Source of the DNA: a virus
Lineage: Duplodnaviria > Caudoviricetes
Direction: 5' to 3' (one strand)
Virus record (IMG/VR): IMGVR_UViG_3300047159_000040
Span: 1 to 64,000 of that record
Length of the DNA: 64,000 nt
Notes under the pieces: model-generated
Told to the model about the DNA's origin: nothing
The model's input: the letters and a program-made list of their open reading frames with translations, nothing else
Databases searched by the model: none
Shown here: one piece after another, positions 20,663 through 31,900 of the stretch
Layout: each line of letters opens with the position of its first letter
Position numbering within the stretch: position 1 is the stretch's first letter
Position numbers and translations under genes: made by a program

Positions 20663-20670
20663 CTTCCTCC

Positions 20671-23221
20671 CTAGTCAATCTCTAAGAAAGGGCGGGCGGA
20701 GAGGTCGATGCGGCCGCCGCCCCAACCGCTGGTCAGGCGTGAAACAGCCGACCGGACCCGCGTAGCCCCAGTCGTCAGCGCCACCACCGGCGAGGACTTC
20801 GTAATACGACGTGCCGTCTGATGTCCTTGCCGTGCTCCACGTATAGTCATCCATGCAGTATCTGCTTGATCCGACGGTTTGCGGCAGCATCTTGTTTCTG
20901 TAGAACTGAAGCGTCTGGGTCCATCCGCTCGTCGTCGGGGCGGCGAGCCCGGTTCGCTTCCAATCGCCTGACCCTGGGCTGTACGTGCAGCCTTTCTTGA
21001 AGACGATGAACTCATTCGACGCCGCGCTGTTGGCGTACTTCGACTCCATCGCGATGTCGTCCAAGGTGTTCCAGAACTTGCCGTACGGATTCTCGATGTA
21101 TCTCCAGCGATTGGCCCAGAGCCCGTCCCTCGACGCCCCGCCTATTCCGCTCGGGGACGGAAGGTCGTCCGTGGATCCCGCCGGGCACGCCTGGTTGCAT
21201 CCGATGTAGTATCCGGAGTTCGCCTTCCACGTCACGGCGTCTCCGTCGAACGTGACCTTGGTGTATCCGGAATCGGCGCTGAGCGCTTCGACGGCGGTGA
21301 CGTTTCTCCTCGTCCACAGCGTCGATCCCCATCCGAGATAGAAGGACACCGTCGACTGGTTGTACCCGGATGAGCTCAGCCAGGTGCTGACGAGGGTGCT
21401 GCTCGTGGGGACGACGACGTAATTGACGGCATCCGTCGAGTTATGCGACAGCAACGCCGTGTCCATGTATCGGTATTCGTCCTGGGTGTGGCCTTGGCCG
21501 AGCCAGTTCTGGATGTTGGCCATGCCGGACTCGATCATCATGAGGATGGCCCTGTCAGACCAGATGTCTATGGTCTCGGCTGGGCGGAGCTGTTTGTAGA
21601 TCGGAGACGAAGACGTCCCGACGTTAACGTATCCCATCTTGGACCAGGAATCGGCCGTCTGGTTGTACATGCTCTGCATATTGAAGTTGCAGTAGTTCGG
21701 CTGGCCGCTGACGCTGCCGAGATAAGTCGTGTCGCTGTTCTGGGCGGTGGTCAGTTGATACGCCCCGACGAGAAGGCCGGACGGGACATGCCCGTCTCTG
21801 GATGTGTAGTAAGGGACGAATCCTTTCCTCGGGGTCAGGCTCGCCATCGGATAGATGTTGGTTCCGTCTGTGTACACCCTGGTGTAATGCCTCGGGATGT
21901 AAACGAGATGGTTGTAGACGCCGCTGAGAGCCGTGCCTGAAGCATCGGTGTAGAACTGATAGTCGGCGGCTTTTATCTGACTGAGGATCGAGTCGTTGTC
22001 AAAGTCATTCGAGACGGCGGATCCGCCTTTCCTCGATATATTGGCAGTAGTCCTTCCGTAAGCGGCTCCCGTCCTGGTTCCCTTATCGCCAGTGCCAGCG
22101 GTCTCGCTTATGGACAGCCCGATGAAGTTATCGATGCCTTTTATGGATGACAGGTCGTACTTGTTGAGCATCTCGTTCTCATGAACTAGCTTCTCCTTCG
22201 TATGGCTGATAGGGAAGGGGATGGGAACCCTCATTAAGCATAATATTAGCTATAGGTTACGGTTATTCCAGATGTTGCTGCCGATAAAATGAATCCAAAC
22301 CTTATGAAGACTTTCACACGATTGCCTGGTGTAACAAACGAGAAATTATTTGAACCCATGTATGAAGATAGAACTTAACGGCGGTTGTCTGATGTCAAGG
22401 TCAAATGTACTGGTTATAGCAAGTATTTCCATTTACTGAATATGCATGCCGTTTCCTGATACAGATTACCCATATGACCAAGTAATATTTCGTGTTAGGT
22501 TTTAAAACCACATCAGAATAATATGTTTGCGAAGGAACATAATTTCGGAACACTTGCTCCAACATAGTAGTCGATATCAGTACCAGTAGAAAGAAGAGAT
22601 ATTGAATCGTTTGACTGCGACGAAATATTGACTCCGGAAAGGTTAGGCCAGCAGCCGATTGCGTTTCCGTTAAAATGATATATGTTGCTACTTCTGTCCG
22701 CCTCTTTCTTCGCGTACTCCAAAGCGTAGGGCTGAATCCGAGCGAAATGAAGCGGGTCGTAGGTCTCGGTATAAGAATAGGCGGATAGTTTGTATTGAAC
22801 GAAAATAGGGCATATAGACATGAAACCTTCCATCGAAGAAATATCATTATCTCCAACGGAAATATTTCCATTATCTTGAAAAGTGATTGATTTGTTTTGT
22901 GCCCAATAAAGTTCAGCGTAGAAAACTTTGTAATTTTTGTTAACACTAGAATCGATAAATGATCCATAAGTAACGCCGTTAATCATAGGGCTTGCGATAT
23001 GTCGCTCAAGTGGCGAGAATTGACTTGGAACAAACCACCAGTTGGATTTAAAAATCGCGGTGATAAGGTTGGATGAGTCTCCAATCTTTAAATACCCCGT
23101 CTGTCTTGTCACCGACGTAGTTCCCATTGTCGTCTATCGTATAAGTGTCGAATGCCCCAAGATGGAGCATCTCGTTGACTGACCCTTTGGCATACGTTCT
23201 GATCTCTTTGATATCGTTCAT
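20671..23221 (-). CDS. DGR target: tail fibre / receptor-binding protein A with a C-terminal CLec (FGE/Mtd-like) domain; several frameshifts as assembled
   Basis: RBS GAGGAG and ATG 23221 (MNDIKEIRTYAKGSVNEMLHLGAFDTYT). It continues via ORFs 22513..23127, 22401..22967 and 20675..22234 (NRWRYIENPYGKFWNTLDD...VLAGGGADDWGYAGPVGCF). Frameshifts at ~23112, ~22550-22250, 22189 and ~20739. Confidence 0.8.
20685..20796 (-). repeat. DGR variable repeat (VR) at the 3' end of the target gene
   Basis: About 16 changes versus the TR, all at A positions, one of them including a 1-nt insertion (TR TTC-AA-CCTG vs VR TTC-ACG-CCTG). Confidence 0.95.
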
Positions 23222-23393
23222 TGTCGATTCTCCTCGGTGGCTCGTTTTTTCGGGGCGGCGGGCGGGGGCTCATAACGGCTTACATGAAACGGAATTAAAA
23301 ATAAAAGCCGTGCTGTGAGTTGTTTGTCGTCATCCGTATCATCACATAATCTATTGTTAAGGGTAGAATTCGTGCTTAAGGTGGTCTATGTGA

Positions 23394-23855
23394 CCTTCAT
23401 TTGGGATAAAAGTCCAAGACAAACTTGGACTATTGAGCTTAAGTACTGCTGGAGATACCGCTAAGGCAGTTGTTTCTTGCTATAACACGCAAAACGCTAA
23501 TCTAGGGTGGTCGCAAACCCTGGCCATGCTAGGAATCGCACAAACGTGGACAGCTCAGCAAACATTCAATCAGCCTTCGGTATTCAATAGTTACATAGCA
23601 CTAGCTAATGATGTTCCAGGAAACAGTGAGACGTACTATGGACTTTATACGGATAAAATTTCAGGAGTAGGAACTGCTACGTGCTTGTCATCTACTGATA
23701 ATTATTTCGGATTGATGCGGGCCGGGCATTATGGAGTTAGGCTTCTAATACATTCCGGATATCTTCCAACCGTTGAGCTTCCTACTGAGAGCGGATCTTT
23801 GCTAATAGGATCGTTAAACGGTACTACTCTAACCGTAACTCTTCCTTCAGCATAA
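23394..23855 (+). other. silent alternative tail-fibre C-terminal cassette
   Basis: No RBS or ATG. It begins with the 161-bp IR arm, then ~100 codons ending IGSLNGTTLTVTLPSA, compared with TGSLSGTTLTLTIH at the end of fibre B. Confidence 0.8.
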
Positions 23856-23892
23856 AAATAAGCGGCAGGCCATTACGGCTTGCCGCTTTTGT
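23854..23892. terminator. bidirectional terminator
   Basis: AAGCGGCAGGCC-atta-c-GGCTTGCCGCTTT with A/T runs on both sides, between convergent ORFs. Confidence 0.75.
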
Positions 23893-26800
23893 TACGCAAC
23901 GTTATAGACGATGTTGAACTGGACGACGTCGCTTTGGACCCAGCCATACATCCTGACGTAATCGTATGCCCCGCTCGATGACACGTCCATCGGCATCATG
24001 GCGTTTCCGTCGCTTGTGACGATTCCCATGATCCCGCCTCTGTACACGGCGCTCAATGCCGTTCCGGCGGCGTTGACCATCGCCGAATGCGGAAGCGTTA
24101 TGACCGGGGCGGACGCCGACGTCGAATACGACACCGTGACCGTTCCCATGACCTTGACGATCTGAGACGCCGGCACGCAATATGCCGTCACCGTTCCCGA
24201 GCAGTTGCTGAGAGTGGGCATGATCGCGTTGCTGGCGGCCAGATACCTGGACGCGGCGACTCCGCCCAGCGACGCCGAGTTTACGGCGGTTCCGTCGTAT
24301 GAGAGATACGACGCGTTGACGTTGGATAGGCCATTGTAAGGCGATGTCGTGACGACCGATCCGTTCGAGTACCCGTATACCGTGAAAGTGCTCATCGATG
24401 ATGCCGTGAGATACGCCGTCACCGTCCCGGCGGTGACGTGCCCGTAGGAATCGACGTTGATCCCGGAGTTGATCCCCGTCCTCGGGGTGTATGTGGCGTG
24501 GCTGATCGTCACCGTGTTGGGGTTGGCGTTTGCTCCGATGACGCTGACTCCGGCGTTGGCGCCGATGATCGACACGCCATAATCGGATCCGAGCTGGGTC
24601 CCTCCGGCCGTGATCGGCCTGTAGGACGACGCGATGGTGACGACCCCGGCCGCCGAGGTCAGAGTGACGTGGAGCCCTTCGGAAATATTTAAATAATTCA
24701 GATCGGAGCTGGCTCTGACGGTTGCGTTGTTCACGCGGATCTCGCGCATGGCCAGGAAGTTGCCCGAAGTGTATCCCGAATCCTCCAATCCGACGATCTC
24801 GGTGCTCCACATCGGGATGTGATTGTCGGACCAAAGCGACTGCGACGTCCTGACGACGAGCGGCATCAGAGTGTCTATCGAGGAGGTGATGCTCCCATCG
24901 GCCAGCCCGGAGGAGATGTCGCCGATATAAGCGGTTCCGGTGCTGTCCCATCCGAAGAACCCGTCATTGGTTCCGTCGTAGAGAGGAACCCTGGTTCCGA
25001 CCATCGACGTGAGGGCGGCGGTGTTTCCTCCGGCCAGGGTTATGACATAATCGGCGACTGAGACGTTCGTCTTGTTGATGACGTTCGAGGATCCGCTGAT
25101 GTTCAGGGATCCGGTGATCGTGAGATCTCCGTCATACACGTTGGTACCGGATGCCTTGAGATACCCGGTGGCGACGGCTGCCGTCCCGGCGTTGGCGGCG
25201 TAAGAAACGGATAGCTCGCTTTCGGATTTATTATTTAATTTCCCCGCGCTGGCGGCATACACGGCTGACACCGCCGTGCCATTCGATGCCAGGAAAGAGG
25301 CTGCCGAATATGACGCGGCCGTTCCCAAAGCGGACTTTAGGGCATATGACGAAGCGGCGACTCCGCCGAGCGACGCGGCCGTTCCGGCCGATGCCGAGTA
25401 GATGGCCGACAGAGCGGTTCCGTTAGAGGCCAATAGATTCATCGTCCTTCCGGCTGTAACGTTGTATATCGCCGTGGCCACTAGAGTGGTCGATGTGGCG
25501 GAGGTATACGAATACGTGTTGATCGTCATCGCCAGCAGCGACGCGATCTTGGCATAGCTGGCCGCAGCGATTCCTCCGAGGGAATCAGCATTGGCGGCAG
25601 CTCCGGCATTATCGGCGTATCTAACGGATATGTTTGCCTGAGTCGTGGATGAGCTTACCCCGGTTCCGCCATTAACTACCGACAGCTTTCCAGCAAGAGT
25701 GAGAGTGGAATCGGAAACTCCGATCCCCGTGCTTCCTGAGAATGCGAGATCCGCGGTGGTGACGACAAGGCTCTTGGCCGATGCCAAAGCGGTGGCTGTT
25801 CCGGCAGCGGTGGCGTATCTCACGGAGATATCCGCTTGGGTGGTTGACGAATTGACCCCGGTTCCGCCGCGATCGACTGAAAGAACCCCGGTTGCTGATC
25901 CAAGGGCATGGAGATTGGCCGTGCTCTCGCCGCCGACCGTTCCAGCGTTGCCGGCATAAGACACGCTGAGAAGGCTGGCGGACGTCACGCCATACGCATA
26001 ACTAGATGATACTGCATATGGGACCGTGATATCGGTGACCGACGCCGAGTAGTTTGCGAAATGAAGCTGATTATTAGACGACGTTAGGGAAATATTTTTT
26101 AAATCCGTGAAAGCGTCGGAGATATTGCTGTTGGTGCCATCGAACCATCCATTCGTATCAGGGAACATCTCCTTAAGGAGAGCGTCCATGTACGCCTTGT
26201 CAGGCTCATTGCCCGCGCCGAAGGCGGCGGTTAAATCAACCCACACAACATCGGTTAAATAAATCGGAGTCCAGTCGGATGTACGAGGATCGTCGGAAAA
26301 TACATAGTTAGTGGAGGGCCCAGCTGTCATGATTCCAGACAAGGTTTGCCACTCGCTGCTGCCATTACTATGTAGAACAAAATCGTAAGTAGTTCCATTA
26401 TACCCCAAAAGCCTTAATGAAGTTGAATCCGACTTCAATCTCTGGCGAACATAAACCTTATGGCCTGAAATATTCTTCAACGAATCCATTGAACTAGAAT
26501 GTGCTGTAGCATATTGTCTTTTAGCAGTATATGCAAGAATATTATTAGATACCGACATCGTAACACCGTTCTGCAATCCATCCCGTCGTCCCGTTAGCGA
26601 AATTACCGTTTGTGACAAGATTGGTAAGCTTGAATCTGTTGGCGTGGGGATCCACTTCCGTCCACTTCGCGACGTTGTTGATATGAACGGCGTCGATTAG
26701 CTTGTTCGTCGATGAATCGAACTTAGCGACGTATCCATCGCTCATGTCGGATCTGGTGGCGATCTTCTGAAGATTCGTCGATGCGGACGTAAGATCGATG

Positions 26801-27468
26801 CTTCCGTTGCTTAGAGCGACGTCTCCGACGTATGCGAAGCCATCTTTGTCGTATACCATGGCTCCATAGTTCGTCCCGTCGTATTTAGGGGTTACCAATC
26901 CTGCCGGGCTCGTGAGAGCCGCGGTGTTTCCGGACGCTACCTCGATGAGGTTGTCTTTGATTGCGAGGTTGTTTGAGCTGATCGTCGTGGTCCCGCCTTT
27001 GATGACGAGATTCCCTCCGACGGTGACGTCCCCAGAAGTAATGACCGATGCGGCGTTGACAGCCCCGGTAACCGTCAGGCTGCCGGTTAGGGTGTCCGTG
27101 GTGTTCTTTAGAGCGGTGTATCCGAGAGCGGATGACACGGCAGCCGCCGTGATGTCGGTCCATGGGACGTTGACATAAGCGTTTCCGCTAGAGTCAAGAG
27201 TTACTTTGTAGTTCCTAGACGCGGATGAAGACACGAATCCGGTTTTGATTCCGCCAAGCTCGGAATCCTGGGCCGATTTGATGCTGACGACTCCGAATGA
27301 TGAGCTGATGCCAGATCCGTAGAGCTCAGGAGGGATGACGTAGAGAGCCGACGTGTTCCATGAGTATGAAACGCTGTTTTTTGTTATGGTGCCGTCTTTG
27401 GCGCCTTTGTCGTACAGAGTCTCGTAGTTTGCCCGAGATATGTAATAGATCTTCTTGTAATCAGACAT
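23892..27468 (-). CDS. long tail fibre protein (one gene split by a frameshift at ~26571)
   Basis: ORFs 27468..26545 and 26618..23892 overlap at NGNFANGTTGW(IA)/NGVTMSVSNN. Features include SELGGIKT, S/T/A/G-rich repeats (SVxxGGTGVxSSTTQAxISVRYA x2; LASNGTAxSAxYxASAG x2) and a carbohydrate-binding-like module (VDLTAAFGAGNEP). Confidence 0.75.
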
Positions 27469-27624
27469 TCACATGTTCCTCGGGATTTTATTTTTTTTCG
27501 ATGCAACACGGATAATTGATTGTTGCCCACGAATTGCGCCCGAACTTAGCGTGAAGACTGAGTCTCTAACCGCTAATACATGCAGGATCAATAGATTATC
27601 GCGTCAAACGCCAGGAGTGTTAAA

Positions 27625-28203
27625 ATGTTCCATCATAATCACGAAGACGACACCAAGCTTCCGAAGAAACCAAGATTCGAGCACGTCACGGCTGCCGAAG
27701 CCGAAGCCGATCTCCAGAAAGCATGCATCAGATACGCCAAAGACGGATCGTCCGTCTGGAGAGTCATCAGCGGAAAGATCGGGGATGAGCTCAACGCCAT
27801 CGGAGACATGGAAAGCCAGCCGCTTCCTACCAGAGCCACCAAATCAAGCGCCGGATATGATTTCTACATGCCGTTCACCATCGATGTCGCCGCGGGGCAG
27901 ACTCTCAGATTCCCGACTTTCGTCAAGTGCGTCAATATGCCTGACGACGATGTTCTCCTCATCAACAACAGATCAAGCCTTGCCTTGAACAAAGGGATCG
28001 CCCTTGACAATGGCATCGGAATCATCGACGCCGATTTCAACAGCGACATCTGGGTCCAAATCACCAATCACAGCCATCAGTCCGTCACCCTCAGCAAAGG
28101 CGATCGCATCTGCCAGGGCATCCTCGTCCATTACGACACCGTCGAGAACGACGTCGTCATCAGCCAAGACAGAGACGGCGGAATCGGCTCGACGGGAAAA
28201 TAA
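27625..28203 (+). CDS. dut: trimeric dUTPase
   Basis: All five motifs are present: ATKSSAGYD, RSSLA, GIIDADF, GDRICQG and RDGGIGSTG. Confidence 0.93.
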   Translation: MFHHNHEDDTKLPKKPRFEHVTAAEAEADLQKACIRYAKDGSSVWRVISGKIGDELNAIGDMESQPLPTRATKSSAGYDFYMPFTIDVAAGQTLRFPTFVKCVNMPDDDVLLINNRSSLALNKGIALDNGIGIIDADFNSDIWVQITNHSHQSVTLSKGDRICQGILVHYDTVENDVVISQDRDGGIGSTGK

Positions 28204-28219
28204 AAATAATTTCCATTTG

Positions 28220-28245
28220 AAAGGGTTCGAGATCCGAACCCTTTT
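28220..28245. terminator. bidirectional terminator
   Basis: AAAAGGGTTCG-agatc-CGAACCCTTTT between convergent genes. Confidence 0.75.
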
Positions 28246-28251
28246 GAGCGC

Positions 28252-28956
28252 TTAAAGCAAAGTCTTGTAGCTGTTTGCTATCCTGGTCCTGATCTTCTCG
28301 CGTATCTCGACGCGTTTGGCTCTGTTCTTCGTATGCAGAGCGAATAGCTTAGGCAGACATTCGGGATCCCTTCTCAGAATCCTGACAAGGCACCAATCAT
28401 AGATTATAGGCATAAATATGAAGTCGGCTATCGATGGGAACAGAACGTTGTTTCCGAACAGCAGAACGTAGCAATATGGCTGCGCCTGAGCTGGCGTGAA
28501 CAGCTGATTGAACATCCTGGAATATATCTCAGACCATCTCTGAACGTCGTTGGCGTAAGCCCCCACTCCGATGTCTCCCCAGGCCATGAACAAGCCATAT
28601 CCGTACGACGCCATCCTGATACCTCCGAAGAGAAGTATCATCAGGACTGACGCCATAAGGAATCTTCCTCTCCTGGACATGACTGAGAATATGCTTCCCA
28701 CGAACGGGGCGGCCATGGTGAATGGAACCCACATACCGTCTCTTATCCCCCAAACCGCAAGAGATAGCATGGTAGTGCATACGGAATACAGGAATCCGCA
28801 TTCGGCTCCGACCACTCTGGTCGCCATTGCTCCGAACATAGCTAGAAGAAGCATGTTGTACGAAGCATCTATTCCAAACGGGCGCAATATGAGCAATATG
28901 GCTGTCTGAACAGCCAATATCAGAGACATCTTGCAGATTTTTCTGGTATCGTTCAT
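28252..28956 (-). CDS. multi-pass membrane protein
   Basis: 234 aa with about 5-6 hydrophobic segments and a basic C-terminal tail. Confidence 0.75.
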   Translation of the reverse strand: MNDTRKICKMSLILAVQTAILLILRPFGIDASYNMLLLAMFGAMATRVVGAECGFLYSVCTTMLSLAVWGIRDGMWVPFTMAAPFVGSIFSVMSRRGRFLMASVLMILLFGGIRMASYGYGLFMAWGDIGVGAYANDVQRWSEIYSRMFNQLFTPAQAQPYCYVLLFGNNVLFPSIADFIFMPIIYDWCLVRILRRDPECLPKLFALHTKNRAKRVEIREKIRTRIANSYKTLL

Positions 28957-28975
28957 ACCGTGCCTCCAGGATCAA

Positions 28976-31900
28976 TCAGGTCAGATCGACTATCATATTG
29001 TCAATATCGGATTTCAGAGGTATCTCGGTGTAGGAAGCCTGGCTTCCGTTAGCCGAGTAATAAGGATGATCAAGAGCTCCTCTGAACACAAGAGGATACC
29101 CCCAATCATTGACCGTGAGAGACTTATATGACGAGCTGACCGTTGCGTTGCTGACGAATCCGAAGATAGTCTGGCTTCCGATGTTGATGTCAGAGGTCGT
29201 GTCTTTGAACACTATTCCTTTGCCGTCTCCGGCCGCGATCGTGATCGCTCCGGTCATCTCTCCTCCGACTTTGGCCAAGAACTTGCTATCGGACAAAGCC
29301 TTCGTATAAGCGTCGGAGATATGATAGCCTGACAGCGTCGTAGGAGCGGCGGCGCTCGATGCGGTATAGACATCGGAGAACGTGACTTTATGCGGGTTTC
29401 CGGAAGTGGTCTGGCTATGATCATAGGCGATCTTTCCTTTATCTCCGTAATAAGCGTTGGTGCTTAATTCCCCAAGCTCAGGAGCGAGCGGGACATAAGA
29501 CGTTCCAGTATATCTGTACAAGCCTTTTCCTGCGATGTAAAGCCTGTCTGTTCCGCTTCCTCCGGCAGGGAGATCGGCGTAGGCATCGACCCAATAAGTC
29601 TTGCTGAAATCAGTGGGGACTTCTTCGTCCACAAGCTTTCCGGATGAGCTGAGCTGAGCGATTCCTTTGATGACGTTGCTGTTGGCATCGGTATGAGTGG
29701 TCGATCCGATCTGCCCTTGGATCGCCGTGTTGATGTTGTCGGCGTATGCTTTTGCCACCTTGTTCTGAACGGGATTGGTGGAAGTCGTGCTCATGACGGC
29801 GTCGACGTAGACGACGCCAAGAGACGAAGCCGTCGCCTGAGACAAACTGAGAGTGGCGCTGCTCAGATTGGCATTGGCGGTATTGACGAGATTGATCGGC
29901 CAAGAAACTGTGCTTGATCCGTATGACGCGGATCCAAGTGTGATCTTTACGCCTACGAGATTGTATAACGTGTCGCTTGAGACAACATGATCGGCGTTTC
30001 CGCTGATGAATGACGTATCGAAGACAAGGGTCTTCTGCTTTCCGGAGACAGCGGTCTGAAGATTGGCGATCGCCGTTGCGTTGGCAGCGCCTTTGTCTCC
30101 GGCGTATGCGGTTGAGCTTGTTTCGCCGAGAGCGAGAGTCTCGCTGATGACGGCAAAGGTTGACCCGGACCAACGATATGTCTTCGATGTATTGAGATCG
30201 ACGTAGATCTTTCCGGTCTCTCCGGATACCTCAGCCGTGTGAGAGCTGTCGGAATAAAATTTATTTTCCGACAGATATCCTTCGATGACATCGTCGACGT
30301 ATGAAGGAAGATACGCCTGAGGAACCTTGGCGTCGGTGCCAAGAGGAGCGATGCCCCAGCTTCCTGACGAATTGGCGGTCGCGGCTGATCCGACCAGATT
30401 CTTGATATCTGTCTCGGCTCCGCTCTTGGCGGCATTCGCTTTGCTGGTTGCGTCTGACGCCGCCGTTGATATGGCTGACGCTTTGGCAGTTGCGACATTG
30501 CTGTCGGTCTCGGTCTTCGTGTATGCGTCGGTGATTCCGAATCCGGCCACGGTGGTCGGCTTGCTTGCGATATTGGCGAACGTTGTCTTATGCGGATTGG
30601 TTCCGTCGGTGATCTGGCTGTGGTCATACGCGGTCTTTCCGATGATCTTAAACGTCGAATCGGTCGTGTAGTATCTGTAGGCGTTCCAGGTATCTTTTGT
30701 GATATAGACTGCGTTTGAGTCAGGCGATGACATCGACGCCAATTCCGAATAAGACGAAACGAGAACCACTCGGGCGTTCGCATACGCCTCGTAATTGGTC
30801 TTGGTGGTTGCCGATGCCGTGTCCGTATAGGAATTGGCTGAGCTGATAGCCTCTGACTTCTTAGTGTCGGCATACGTTTCATAAGCGGTTGTGAGGGAAG
30901 CTGCTTTGCTATCGGCGTATCCTTTAGCCGAATCGATTGCCGAGTTCATGCTCGTCGTGATGCTGCCTTCAAGGGTCTTGGCTTCCGTATCCAAGGACTT
31001 GATGGCATTCTCGACATTGAACGGAGCCGCTATGTAATTGAGGCTGAGAGTGGAAGGAATGGCAATCTCATTCGCATTGAGATCAAGGGTTGTGAGAACT
31101 CTGCTGCTCTTCCAATAGAGTCCTCCATCCGACATGAATGCCAATCCTTTGGCATGATCGGTGTCCCCGTTGATGGAAATGACGAATGCGGTTCCTCCGG
31201 CAAGGAGGGTGTCATATCCGATCTCCGGGGCGAAGTTATTCATCTCGGACCATTTGACGAAAACGCTGGCGTCGTAATCATAACCATGTGAAGCAGTCAT
31301 CGTGATGCTGCCCTTCATGGTTCCGCCATTGATAGGAAGCTTAGTGGCTTCGGCATCAGTGGCTCTGGTTATCTCATTGGCTATCTTAGCCGAGTTAGTA
31401 GAAGCGACATTCTCGACATCGCCAAGCCTTGAGACCATCTTCTTGGTCATCAATCCATCTTGGGTGGTGCTGGCTAATCCGACGGTGCTTCCTAAGCTAT
31501 CCCAGGCAGTTCCGTTCCAAACGTAGTCGACGTTTGATTCTACAGGATTGCCGGATTCGTCTTTGTCGGATAGATATTTGACGTTATAGACGTCTCCGAG
31601 AGTAGCTCCGGTAGGAAGACCTGATGCGTAATCCACGCTTCCTTTATAATTGAATATCTTGCTGGCTGACTGGCTTAGGGCATACACATCCGAATCAAGC
31701 TGAGTCAATGACGACTGCACGTTGGTATCGGAAGCGATGTAATGGCTTCCGGTATTCGAAGCGGCTACATTAACAGCCGACAGATTATCTATTCTTGAAC
31801 TGATCGATGACTCGACCCCTTTGGCTCTGGTCGTTTCATCGGAGATGGCCGACACGTTAGTAGCTATCTCGCTGGCGAATGTGTTGTTTGTTGTATTCTG

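Larger units (their letters stand above)
17638..23554. repeat. 161-bp perfect inverted repeat (17638-17798 / 23394-23554) bounding a putative invertible segment
   Basis: Both arms encode PSFGIKVQDKLGLLSLSTAGDTAKAVVSCYNTQNANLGWSQTLAMLGIAQTWTA in opposite orientations. No mismatch was seen by eye. Confidence 0.9.

Noticed and set aside
27546-27576. Hairpin TTAGCG..AGAC-TGA-GTCT..CGCTAA as a tRNA fragment
   Set aside because: No cloverleaf, T-loop or CCA end; it is only a small hairpin between divergent promoter motifs.
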